DNA from: a virus | Virus record (IMG/VR): IMGVR_UViG_3300020190_000008 | DNA: 64,000 bases | Reading direction: 5' to 3' (one strand) | Shown: positions 9,126 through 18,229 of the stretch, one piece after another | How the letters are laid out: each line of letters opens with the position of its first letter | Numbering within the stretch: the stretch's first letter is position 1 | Program-made: the position numbers and the translations under genes | The notes under the pieces: generated by a model | The model's database searches: none | The model's input: only the letters and a program-made list of their open reading frames with translations | Told to the model about the DNA's origin: nothing

Positions 9126-10657
9126 ATTTCCATTCCGTTTGTTGTAATTTTTGTATTGACAACACCTTCTTTAAATACCAAACTTCCCTTATTAGTTTTT
9201 CCAATAAGAACTGAAACTGGATTTTTTTCCATATATTTTAATGCCATTCTTTCTTGTTTAATATTTTCAGAAAGATTTTTAACATTACTGTAATTTGTTT
9301 CTTTGATTTTTTCGTATTTTTCTATTTTTTGTATTTTTTTCTTTTCTTCAGAAATAATTTCTTTTTTCTGTGTTGTAAAATATTGTGAAATAATTTTATC
9401 AACTTTTGATTCGCCAAATGTTCCGTGTGAAAAATGGTTATATGTGTGTCTTGGTTGTCTAGCACCATGTCTTCCATATTCTTCAAGTTCACCTGTAACC
9501 GGCATTTCTTTCATTTTATCAAACATTCTACCAGCGTATTGTTTTGATACACTGTTTTTAATTGCATCAGATAAACTTGCAATTTCACCAATTTCACGAT
9601 ATTCTGTTGTTTCACCACCAATAGGAGGTGGTGGTGGTAATGTCTCTTCTTCTTCATCAGATGTTGGTTCTGGTATTTCTTCGTCACTCATTTCTTCATC
9701 TTCTAAGTCTTCATCTTCTTCATCACCTTCTTCGTCTAAATCACCTTCTAATCTCGATATAATTTCTTCAAGATCGTCATCATCTAACAAATCAACATCA
9801 AGTGCTGATAAAATTGAATTAATAATGTATTTAACATCATTTGGATCCATATCATCTTCACTATTAAATTTTCTAATTCTTTGTGCTAATTTGCCGGTAA
9901 GTTTTTGTATTACTTTAAATGTAGTTCCACCTTCTTTCTTTGATTTACCTTCATCTTCCATATCATCTTCTGGTGGCGGAGGCAATTCTTCTTCATCACC
10001 CATATCATCTTCTGGTGGTGGAGGTAGTCCTTCATCACTTCCTTCCGTACCCATATCTGGTGGTGGAGGTAGTCCTTCATCACTTCCAGTTGCACCCATA
10101 TCTGGTGGTGGAGGTAAAGCCCCTTCACCTTCTACAGTCCCTGTTTCTGGTGGCGCCATACCCGCACCCCCCATATTATCCATAGGTGGTGCTGCCGGCA
10201 TTGGTGCCGAAGCTGCTACTGGTTCTGGTGGAGGTAATGCTCCTACATCTCCAGTTGGTTCAGCTTTTTTTTTACCAGGAAGTTTTAGTTTGAACTTTTT
10301 TTTTTGCTCGGTAAATAAAGACATACCTTCTTCATTTCCGTACATTTGATTAAAGTCTTTAGCCATAAGGTTTAACTTTTTCAATGCCTGTGAATACGAA
10401 GAAAAATACTTTCTATTTTGAATTGGTTCGATGTAATCAGAATTAATATCATCATAGCTTTCCTTGATTATATATCCTAATCTTTCTCTTACAATTGTAT
10501 AAGTTTTTCCGTCTGCAAGTTCTGCAGTATATTCTGTTTTTTTATCTTCATTTACTGGTTGTGGAATTGATTCATTATATCTGGCAATTTCCATAATTCT
10601 ACGGATTTTATCCATTCCTTCCAATTTTTCACTTCCGATAGGTCTTAATCCTCCCAT
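9122..10657 (-). CDS. acidic Pro-rich protein, possible scaffold/prohead core
   Basis: repeated LPPPP(D/E)DMG units, acidic tracts, many x-x-E sites, head cluster location. Confidence 0.55.
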   Translation of the reverse strand: MGGLRPIGSEKLEGMDKIRRIMEIARYNESIPQPVNEDKKTEYTAELADGKTYTIVRERLGYIIKESYDDINSDYIEPIQNRKYFSSYSQALKKLNLMAKDFNQMYGNEEGMSLFTEQKKKFKLKLPGKKKAEPTGDVGALPPPEPVAASAPMPAAPPMDNMGGAGMAPPETGTVEGEGALPPPPDMGATGSDEGLPPPPDMGTEGSDEGLPPPPEDDMGDEEELPPPPEDDMEDEGKSKKEGGTTFKVIQKLTGKLAQRIRKFNSEDDMDPNDVKYIINSILSALDVDLLDDDDLEEIISRLEGDLDEEGDEEDEDLEDEEMSDEEIPEPTSDEEEETLPPPPPIGGETTEYREIGEIASLSDAIKNSVSKQYAGRMFDKMKEMPVTGELEEYGRHGARQPRHTYNHFSHGTFGESKVDKIISQYFTTQKKEIISEEKKKIQKIEKYEKIKETNYSNVKNLSENIKQERMALKYMEKNPVSVLIGKTNKGSLVFKEGVVNTKITTNGMEI

Positions 10658-10731
10658 AGTATATTTTTTTGAATTAATTATTTTTCTTAATAAATATATC
10701 GATTATTAAGATTATTTTATTTTTTAATAAA

Positions 10732-11463
10732 TTATTGGTTCATAGATAATTTCTTATCTATCAATTCAGTTGTAGAATCGTGTAATTTTTCAATATATCC
10801 GTTTCTTCTTAATATTTTAAAGACAAGGTTTTCTGTTGAATATTCACCGTCTTTTTCTAACCCACAAGTTCTATATTTTTTTAATTTATCTTTATATTTT
10901 TGAACAGTTTCTTTTGCTGTTGTTGCGTCATCATCTTCTATCGTATCTAAAAGATTGTCAATGATATTCATCCATTGTTTTGCCTTTTCTTTAATTAGTT
11001 CTTTATCTATTGTAACATCTTCTTTTTTTGGAACATTTGCCCATTCATCAAATAATATTGAATAAACACCACTTGAAAAGTGTGATTCTGTTTCGTTCTG
11101 AACATACAATTCAACTTCATACCCCTTTATTGTTATATCGTGTTTTTGATTAAATAACATTTTTTTCAAAGTGAAAAGTTTTTCGTATAATTCAATTTGA
11201 TTTTCTTTATACTGTTGGAAATTCGCAACAATATGTAAGTCAAAGTCTGAATATTTAGACCAATTATAATTAGAAAGTGAACCGGTAAGTATTATATCGG
11301 TAACAACAATTTCGACATCCAAAAAGTCAATAAATTCGTAAGCAATTTCTAACAACCTTTCCCTTATTTCAGGTTTTAATTTAGGTTCTTTTTTATCGCC
11401 TACCCAAACTTTTGGATTTAATGCTTTTTGGGGTTCAAAACTTTTTAATAATTCGGTATCCAT
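10732..11463 (-). CDS. Pol-beta-family nucleotidyltransferase
   Basis: LTGS...SDFDLH and VELY catalytic pattern. Confidence 0.75.
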   Translation of the reverse strand: MDTELLKSFEPQKALNPKVWVGDKKEPKLKPEIRERLLEIAYEFIDFLDVEIVVTDIILTGSLSNYNWSKYSDFDLHIVANFQQYKENQIELYEKLFTLKKMLFNQKHDITIKGYEVELYVQNETESHFSSGVYSILFDEWANVPKKEDVTIDKELIKEKAKQWMNIIDNLLDTIEDDDATTAKETVQKYKDKLKKYRTCGLEKDGEYSTENLVFKILRRNGYIEKLHDSTTELIDKKLSMNQ

Positions 11464-11488
11464 TAAATATAAATATTAAGAAAATGAA

Positions 11489-11734
11489 TTAACTTAATTT
11501 CTTATATTTAAAAGTTTTAGAAATGTTTGTATTAAAGAAAGACCCTTGTGATTTTGCAGATCTAAATGATGTGTAAGTTTGATGTGGAACATCATCATAT
11601 TCGTATTTCATACCATTTTTAAATTCTGCAATCATTTTTTTTGTTTCGGTATCATATTCAGTTCTAACTATATTTGAAGATTCAACTTCATTTATAATTT
11701 TTGTTCCTTTGATTTCTTCTTTTGTAATTGCCAT
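11489..11734 (-). CDS. KTSC domain protein
   Basis: SSNI...YD......F.NG..Y.Y..VP...Y..F..A.S.GSFFN..I. Confidence 0.88.
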   Translation of the reverse strand: MAITKEEIKGTKIINEVESSNIVRTEYDTETKKMIAEFKNGMKYEYDDVPHQTYTSFRSAKSQGSFFNTNISKTFKYKKLS

Positions 11735-11798
11735 AACTTTTTTTATTTTAAATATATTTTACTTAAAACAAAAATCCACCCTTTTGGGGTGGACCTTG

Positions 11799-12170
11799 TT
11801 ATTTTAGGGAGTTGATTTTGTCTCGTAGTTCTATCGCTTTTTCAAAGTTCTGATTTTTAATACATTCATCCAGTTCTTTATTTAGCTTACTTATTTTTTC
11901 TTTGTTTTGTTCCAGATTTTTAATCTTATCTCTCAACTCCACAGCTTCTTCAAAATTTTGTTCTTCAACTGCAATTTCAAGTCTTTGTTTTAAAAGGTCA
12001 ACCTCATCTGATTTATTTAGGTCACCTTTGACATTTGTAATGTAAGTAAATGAAATAGAACCATCTTCAGATTTATAAGTTCTTTTTTCAAAGTTGTTTA
12101 ATCCATTAAAAAATGGATTTTCGAAATTAAATAATTCATTAAAAAGTTTGTCAAAATTTCTTCCAAACAT
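11799..12170 (-). CDS. double UVR (UvrB/C motif) protein, possible ClpC adaptor
   Basis: two motifs: AVEEQNFEEAVELRDKI and CIKNQNFEKAIELRDKI. Confidence 0.8.
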   Translation of the reverse strand: MFGRNFDKLFNELFNFENPFFNGLNNFEKRTYKSEDGSISFTYITNVKGDLNKSDEVDLLKQRLEIAVEEQNFEEAVELRDKIKNLEQNKEKISKLNKELDECIKNQNFEKAIELRDKINSLK

Positions 12171-12233
12171 AATTTATTTTTTTATAAGTTTATTTTGATT
12201 CTGATTTGACCAAATCCATACCAAAATGATAAA

Positions 12234-12279
12234 ACTGACATTTTGTCAGTATATTCTAACAACATATGTCAGAATGTCA
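12234..12279. promoter_or_regulatory. palindromic operator ACTGACA-TTT-TGTCAGT plus two extra TGTCA half-sites
   Basis: perfect 7-bp inverted repeat at 12234-12250; TGTCA at 12267 and 12275; lies between divergent genes. Confidence 0.5.
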
Positions 12280-12330
12280 AATATTGACTACTAGTTAGTT
12301 TATAATTAAAATTAAATAAAACTTTTTAAT

Positions 12331-14391
12331 ATGGCAATAGAATTTGTAGATGATGGTGATAAGGGTAAAAAGAAAGATGGTGGTACCCCAGTTTTAGATA
12401 ATTTCAGTAAGGATTTGATTAAGTTAGCAGAACAAGGAAAATTAGATCCGGTTATTGGAAGACAAAAAGAAATACTTAGAATAGCACAAGTATTATCCAG
12501 AAGAAAAAAAAATAATCCAATAATCATTGGTGAACCTGGTGCTGGAAAAACAGCAATTGTAGAAGGTTTAGCTATGATGATTCACGCTGGTGAATGTCCA
12601 AAAAATTTAGCCGATAAAAGAATTGTTTCACTGGACATTAATTCAATTGTTGCCGGAACAAAATATCGTGGGCAATTTGAAGAAAGAATGAAGGTTATAA
12701 TTGAAGAATTACAATCAAGCCCAAATATTATAATTTTTATTGATGAAATTCATACAATTGTTGGTGCTGGTAATAGTTCTGGTTCATTGGACGCCTCAAA
12801 CATTTTTAAACCAGCATTATCAAGAGGTGAAATACAATGTATTGGTGCAACAACACTTGATGAATATAGAAAAAATTTTGAAAAAGATGGTGCTTTAGAA
12901 CGAAGATTTCAAAAAATAATCGTTGATCCTTCAACAAAAGAAGAAACTTTTGAAATTTTAAAACAAAGTAAGGAAAAATATGAAGAACACCATAAAGTTA
13001 ATTATACAGATGAAGCTCTTTGGTTGTGTGTAGAATTGGCAGATAGATATATTACAGATAGGGAATTTCCAGATAAAGCTTTTGATATTTTAGATGAGGT
13101 TGGTTCCCGTATGCAAATTGATATAAAACTTCCAGATCATATTGAAAAGTTGAAGCAAGAAGCTGCGGACGTAAAACAAGAAAAAGCTGACGTTATTAAA
13201 AAACAAAAATACGAAATGGCGGCAGAACTTCGTGACCGTGAAAAAAGTATCTTAACAAAACTCGACGAAGAAAAAAAGAAATTTGAAGAAAAATTAAGAA
13301 CTAGCAAACGTGGTATCCCAGAAGACTTGATTTATGAAGTCGTATCAAATATGACAAAAATCCCAGTAAGTAAAATTAATATTGATGAAAAAAATTCACT
13401 TGTTAATTTGGAAGATTCACTTAATGGTTCTGTAATTGGTCAAGATGAAGCTGTTAAAAAAATATCAAAAGCCATTAGAAGAAATAGGGTTGGGATTAAG
13501 GACCCAAATAGACCAATTGGTTCATTCATATTCCTTGGGTCAACCGGTGTTGGTAAAACATTCCTTGCAAAAAAATTAGCAAAAGAAATTTTTGGTAGTG
13601 AAGATAGTTTGATTCGTGTTGATATGTCCGAATATCAAGAAAAACACACCATATCAAGACTTATTGGTTCCCCTCCGGGATATGTTGGTCACGAAGAAGG
13701 TGGACAATTAACAGAACAAGTTAAAAACAAACCATACTCTGTTATTTTATTTGATGAAATCGAAAAGGCAAACAAAGACATTTTTGCAACACTTCTTCAA
13801 ATGTTGGATGACGGTCATATGACAGATGGTTTGGGTAGAAAAATCAACTTCAAAAACTGTTTAATTATTATGACATCAAACATTGGTGTTAAAAAAGTCC
13901 AAGACTTTGGAAGTGGCGTTGGATTCAAAACAAACAATAATAGTGATGCGGTCCAGGAAGAATATAAAAGGGATGTTTTGAAAAAAGAATTAAGTAAGTT
14001 TTTTGCTCCAGAATTTTTAAATAGAATCGATGATGTTGTAATATTCAATTCACTTAAAAAAGAACATATTGATAAGATTGTAAAATTAGAAATTGACAAA
14101 CTTATTGATAGATTATCATCTATGAAATATAGAGTTTCATATGAACAATCTGTAATTGAATTAATTGCAAAAGTTGGTTTTGACGAACAATATGGTGCTA
14201 GACCAATCAAACGCGCCATTCAAGATAAAATAGAAGACCTTATTTCAGAAAAAATATTATTAAATGAAGTTCTGGAAGAAAAAGAATATATGTTATTTGT
14301 TAAAGGAGAAGGTGAAGACCAAACAATAGAAATTGAAGACAGGACAAAACCAGAACCAAAGAAAAGAGGTAGAAAGAAAAAGGAGGATTAA
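12331..14391 (+). CDS. clpC: ClpC-like AAA+ chaperone lacking the Clp N-domain
   Basis: GEPGAGKT and GSTGVGKT Walker A motifs, FIDEIH, UVR-type middle domain (YEMAAELRD); sequence begins directly at NBD1. Confidence 0.9.
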   Translation: MAIEFVDDGDKGKKKDGGTPVLDNFSKDLIKLAEQGKLDPVIGRQKEILRIAQVLSRRKKNNPIIIGEPGAGKTAIVEGLAMMIHAGECPKNLADKRIVSLDINSIVAGTKYRGQFEERMKVIIEELQSSPNIIIFIDEIHTIVGAGNSSGSLDASNIFKPALSRGEIQCIGATTLDEYRKNFEKDGALERRFQKIIVDPSTKEETFEILKQSKEKYEEHHKVNYTDEALWLCVELADRYITDREFPDKAFDILDEVGSRMQIDIKLPDHIEKLKQEAADVKQEKADVIKKQKYEMAAELRDREKSILTKLDEEKKKFEEKLRTSKRGIPEDLIYEVVSNMTKIPVSKINIDEKNSLVNLEDSLNGSVIGQDEAVKKISKAIRRNRVGIKDPNRPIGSFIFLGSTGVGKTFLAKKLAKEIFGSEDSLIRVDMSEYQEKHTISRLIGSPPGYVGHEEGGQLTEQVKNKPYSVILFDEIEKANKDIFATLLQMLDDGHMTDGLGRKINFKNCLIIMTSNIGVKKVQDFGSGVGFKTNNNSDAVQEEYKRDVLKKELSKFFAPEFLNRIDDVVIFNSLKKEHIDKIVKLEIDKLIDRLSSMKYRVSYEQSVIELIAKVGFDEQYGARPIKRAIQDKIEDLISEKILLNEVLEEKEYMLFVKGEGEDQTIEIEDRTKPEPKKRGRKKKED

Positions 14392-14407
14392 AAACCCTCC
14401 TTTTTTG
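14378..14407. terminator. bidirectional terminator
   Basis: AAAAAGGAGG...CCTCCTTTTTT between convergent genes. Confidence 0.65.
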
Positions 14408-15193
14408 TTAATGTTTAGTGTAACCTAATTCTTCAATCATTAGTTTACCAACCTTAATACCGTTGTAGGTATCTTCCACAACAACATATTCATTTCTTGT
14501 GTGATAGTTGTAATAACCAATTGATATATTAAAACAAGATAGTCCAAAATTTTGATTTAACGGAAAGATGTCCGTATAAGGGTGTCTGTGGTATTTGGTA
14601 TCGCCTGGAAAGTGTTCTGTGATTAAACGACCCCCAACATTAAAGAAATCTGAATCTCTTTTAAACATTGGTTTATTCATTAAGAATTCTGAAATCATAT
14701 TGTTTTCTGGTGCATCAAATTGAATTACGTACCCAATATTTTTAAAAAACTTGGGGTCAGCATTAAATGATCCCTTACAACCGGTTTCTTCGGCAACAAA
14801 AAAGGCTGCTTTTAGATTTGGTAATTCTTTTAGTAATTCAAGACAAGCATAAACACCACACTTATCATCACCACCAATACCGATTGGTTCTCCTTTATCG
14901 TTATAAGCTTTAAGGGCTAATTTAATTTCTTTTTGAGCGTTTGGTAGTTGTACTTCAACAACATTGATAGAATCGATTGTATGTACCGTATCTGTATGTG
15001 CAACCACACAAGGAAAGTATTTAATATTTTCATCAGTTTGTTTTGTTGCATATATGTTGTAGAAGTTATCAACATAATAGGGGATTTTATTTTCATCCAA
15101 CCATTCTGTTATAAAATCAATCATCAAATCTTCTTGATAAGTTTTGGTTGGTACCGATAGTACTTGTTTTAATAGTTCAAAATTTCTTTCCAT
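14408..15193 (-). CDS. M28/M20-family zinc peptidase
   Basis: AHTDTV, GGDDKCG, EETG, QFD, YHT metal-ligand pattern. Confidence 0.8.
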   Translation of the reverse strand: MERNFELLKQVLSVPTKTYQEDLMIDFITEWLDENKIPYYVDNFYNIYATKQTDENIKYFPCVVAHTDTVHTIDSINVVEVQLPNAQKEIKLALKAYNDKGEPIGIGGDDKCGVYACLELLKELPNLKAAFFVAEETGCKGSFNADPKFFKNIGYVIQFDAPENNMISEFLMNKPMFKRDSDFFNVGGRLITEHFPGDTKYHRHPYTDIFPLNQNFGLSCFNISIGYYNYHTRNEYVVVEDTYNGIKVGKLMIEELGYTKH

Positions 15194-15221
15194 ACGACAA
15201 ATATAGAAATATTATTTTGAT

Positions 15222-16271
15222 TTACAAAAGTTTTTTTAATACTTTTTTTATATTTTCAAGTAATTCAGGATGATATAGAGCTAAATTTAAATCTTCAAGA
15301 TTAGTAATAGACCTTTGTTCTTTTTTATTTCCTTTCCAAACATCAAAATATAATTTGTTTGTTCTGGGTTCAAATCTATGGAAAAATACTTGCATATTCT
15401 TACCTGGTAATTCAATAATAGTATTAAACCCACCAATTTTTAAAATAACATCAAGCATTTTATTATATTCTTCTTGGTCAACACCTTCAAAATCTTCCTC
15501 AACTCTTTCTAAAATCTTTTCAAGATTTCGAGTAACTTCTTTTTGGAACCCTTCTTCATCATAATCATCACAAAAAACATTATATTCCAAATCGTACCAA
15601 CCACCAGGATCTTTATCACCATAAGTTTTATATAATAATGTTAACATTCCTTTTAAATCTTCATCTTCAGCATTTAACATTTTATATAGATTTAATAAAA
15701 TGTTTACAGATGTTACAAATTTATAAGAATGTTGTTTTTGTACAATACCAAAGTTTCTAAATGGATTATTTGTTTCATTTCTTAGTATTTTTTGTACTTC
15801 TCTTGAAACACATTCTTCATTATATCTCCCATATTCATATGTAATATCAGACATTTCATCTGGGAATTTTGCATCTAAAAATTTTGAAATAGGTGTGTAA
15901 TCTACTATATCGGCATTAAGTTGTAAGGTTGGATCGGTAAGACTTAAAATTTTATTTGTAAGTACAATGTTTTCACCTTTAAAAGCTCCAACAATATATC
16001 CTTCTCTAAAATCTTCTTCATATCTCCACATATCAAAATCATAATCATAGTAACCTCTACCAGTAAATCTACGCCACATATACTTATCATCATCATCTGT
16101 TACATTTAAAACTTCCAAAAAATCATCGTCATCATCAAAAGTAATTTCAACTTTTGGTGATTTACCTTTTGAATAAGAAATGTAATTAATTAAATCATCA
16201 GGGTAAGACCATCTACTGGTTTCTTTTCCTTTAGCAACTTTTTGTAAAAATTCATAGGTTTCACTTGCCAT
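15222..16271 (-). CDS. hypothetical protein with C-terminal LLENIKKVLKKLL helix
   Basis: 349-aa ORF; TATTTAT motif upstream. Confidence 0.65.
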   Translation of the reverse strand: MASETYEFLQKVAKGKETSRWSYPDDLINYISYSKGKSPKVEITFDDDDDFLEVLNVTDDDDKYMWRRFTGRGYYDYDFDMWRYEEDFREGYIVGAFKGENIVLTNKILSLTDPTLQLNADIVDYTPISKFLDAKFPDEMSDITYEYGRYNEECVSREVQKILRNETNNPFRNFGIVQKQHSYKFVTSVNILLNLYKMLNAEDEDLKGMLTLLYKTYGDKDPGGWYDLEYNVFCDDYDEEGFQKEVTRNLEKILERVEEDFEGVDQEEYNKMLDVILKIGGFNTIIELPGKNMQVFFHRFEPRTNKLYFDVWKGNKKEQRSITNLEDLNLALYHPELLENIKKVLKKLL

Positions 16272-16322
16272 ATTAGATAAATATAATTATATTTGTATTT
16301 ATATATAGTTCTTTGATATTAT

Positions 16323-16713
16323 GGGTCCGTTTTTGGATTTGACGGGCGTTGGTTGAATAATAGAAGCATGTCGGGACTGAATTAATCTCGTTAAAAACTG
16401 ATTCACAAAACAACTGGCAATGTGCTAAACAAAATGGAAACTCTTGGATTAGTAAGAGGTTCTGAAGTTACTGTAGCTTAATTAGATACGGAAACGGGGG
16501 GTCGGCAGACATATAACCTAGCAACAGAAGTCGTAGTTTGATAGAGCACACCGGATGGCTCTCTAAATCCGATTCGGGACCATTGGTTGTTGATTTACGA
16601 TGTTGAAGAACAAATCAAATATTTTGGGGTATTAGAAAATACCAACCTAAACATGTAGTCGTCTCTTAAACAAGATGAACCGGACGAGGGTTCGAGTCCC
16701 TCCGGATCCACCA
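16323..16713 (+). ncRNA. ssrA: tmRNA
   Basis: GGGTCCG/CGGATCC-ACCA acceptor stem with G3-U70, GGATTTGAC D-region, GCATGT/ACATGT helix, T-arm GAGGG-TTCGAGT-CCCTC, tag ORF 16416-16481. Confidence 0.93.
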
Positions 16714-16716
16714 ATT

Positions 16717-16753
16717 AAAAAACCCACTCTTTTGAAGTGGGTTTTCTTTTTTT
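16717..16753. terminator. bidirectional terminator after ssrA
   Basis: AAAACCCACT...AGTGGGTTTT followed by a T-run. Confidence 0.7.
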
Positions 16754-16767
16754 AGGATATTTCCTAA

Positions 16768-16938
16768 TTACTTAACAACAGCAGTATCTTTTACAACAGT
16801 CGTAGCTTCAGTAGTTGCCTCAACAGTAGCTTCTGGTGTTGCATCTGAAGTTGCGTTTCCAGTTCCTTTTTCACCACAAGCCGTCAAAAGAGAAATTGTC
16901 GTAAAAAAAGCAGCAGAAAGTAAAACTAATTTTTTCAT
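16768..16938 (-). CDS. small lipoprotein (56 aa)
   Basis: hand translation MKKLVLLSAAFFTTISLLTAC-GEKG...; lipobox; T/A/E-rich tail typical of Bacteroidetes. Confidence 0.7.
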   Translation of the reverse strand: MKKLVLLSAAFFTTISLLTACGEKGTGNATSDATPEATVEATTEATTVVKDTAVVK

Positions 16939-17087
16939 TTTGAATAAGGTAATTAAAGGTTTATTATAATAATATATATCAAAGTTTTTATAAAAAGAAA
17001 AGGGTAACTAATTGTTGCCCCATAATTTTTTTAAAAATCGGTATTTTACTTTTTTTACTGATTTTTTTATTATAAAATATTTTAAAA

Positions 17088-17935
17088 AGAACGTTGAGAT
17101 TACACGTTTTATTGAGAACCTTTAGAGTCATTATTGTTTCTACTCTTATCCACCATCTTTTGAATGGTATTTCTCATTGCCGATTATTTAGGTGAATCAC
17201 TCCTTAACGATATAACTACTCTCCTATTACTTAACTCTCTCCGAGAATGCCTTCCCAGTAAATCCTTGCGAGATTAGAGGTTTTTGGTAGAAATACATTC
17301 GGTCTTGGGAACCTTATGTGCCGTGAACATCTCACGACTAAGTGGGCAACTTCCGTTATACCGTGATGGACACTTTTCCATTATTACTTTTATGATTTTT
17401 ATATCCAATTATAAAAAAATGTTTTTGTGTTGTGGATTATCGAAGTTGTGGTCCACCTAAAGTTTCATTATCTTTTGGATTATGAAATACTAAACAACTT
17501 CGTGAAACTTCCCAGTTTCCATACTTCAAGACTACTTCGTGTCTAACTTCTTGGTTCAAGTTTGACAAGGTGAATAACGGCACCACCCGTACATTAACAT
17601 ACCTTTCGGTTTTAAACAATCTCTAATATTGGAACACGCAATGATAAAATTGGATAATTCTATTTTTTGCAATATTCCTACGGGTTATTCCTATTAGTGT
17701 TCCCACTTCAATCAGACGACCCACATCGCCCAATCATCTAACCACTTTCCCTACAGCGTTGCCCTCGGTATTAAAGGTTAAACGGTATCCCGCTTGTGTA
17801 CTCACGTTCAGTTTCCCAAACCGCAAACCATTTACACGAATGATTCACTTTATCCTGGTTTCCCAGTTTATTTTATGGACTATACACGGCCCAATATCTT
17901 TATCAGTTTCATTACTTACTCCTGAACGGATAATT
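17088..17935 (-). ncRNA. large structured ncRNA, GOLLD-like
   Basis: about 850 nt with no credible ORF and elevated GC; many hairpins; own TAACTTTG promoter and boxA-like motif; 3' end GTGGATAAG...GTGTAATCTCAAC recalled as GOLLD-like; near tRNA/tmRNA genes; ends approximate. Confidence 0.6.
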
Positions 17936-17977
17936 CTATTTTCAAAGAACGTTTTCGGTCATTCCCGAATTGTTTTA

Positions 17978-17985
17978 CAAAGTTA
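17978..17985 (-). promoter_or_regulatory. Bacteroidetes sigmaA -7 element (TAACTTTG) for the large ncRNA
   Basis: matches TAnnTTTG. Confidence 0.6.
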
Positions 17986-18025
17986 AGACATTTATTTTGA
18001 TTTGTCAAGTACTTTGTGAACTTTT

Positions 18026-18175
18026 TTATTTTTTTTCTATAAAGACGTGGTTTGTACCGTATTTTGTTGCCATAATGTGGGCAAACTCCAAATTTGGTGT
18101 AAAAACTCTTTGTCCTTTATCATTGATGTATCCAAAGATTTCAATTTCAATTACTTGTGTTTCTTGTTCTGCCAT
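18026..18175 (-). CDS. hypothetical 49-aa protein
   Basis: hand translation MAEQETQVIEIEIFGY...EKK. Confidence 0.55.
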   Translation of the reverse strand: MAEQETQVIEIEIFGYINDKGQRVFTPNLEFAHIMATKYGTNHVFIEKK

Positions 18176-18229
18176 TTTGTTTGTTTTATAGTTCAAACAT
18201 AGAATAAATATTTTGGTGTGTCAATAAGG

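Noticed and set aside
9303-10349. 348-aa plus-strand ORF
   Set aside because: Antisense shadow of the acidic/Pro-rich gene 9122..10657 (Ser/Gly runs mirror Glu/Pro codons).
12205-12226. Sigma54 -24/-12 promoter for the UVR gene (TTGGTATGGATTTGGT)
   Set aside because: The -12 element does not match TTGC at canonical spacing; too weak to call.
17088-17935. Group I/II intron or rRNA fragment
   Set aside because: No interrupted host gene, no recognisable domain V or P7 motifs, no rRNA signature; it has its own promoter.
17437-18191. Short ORFs 17437..17619, 17759..17986 and 17970..18191
   Set aside because: Atypical composition; they overlap the ncRNA or its promoter, or lie antisense to a better ORF.
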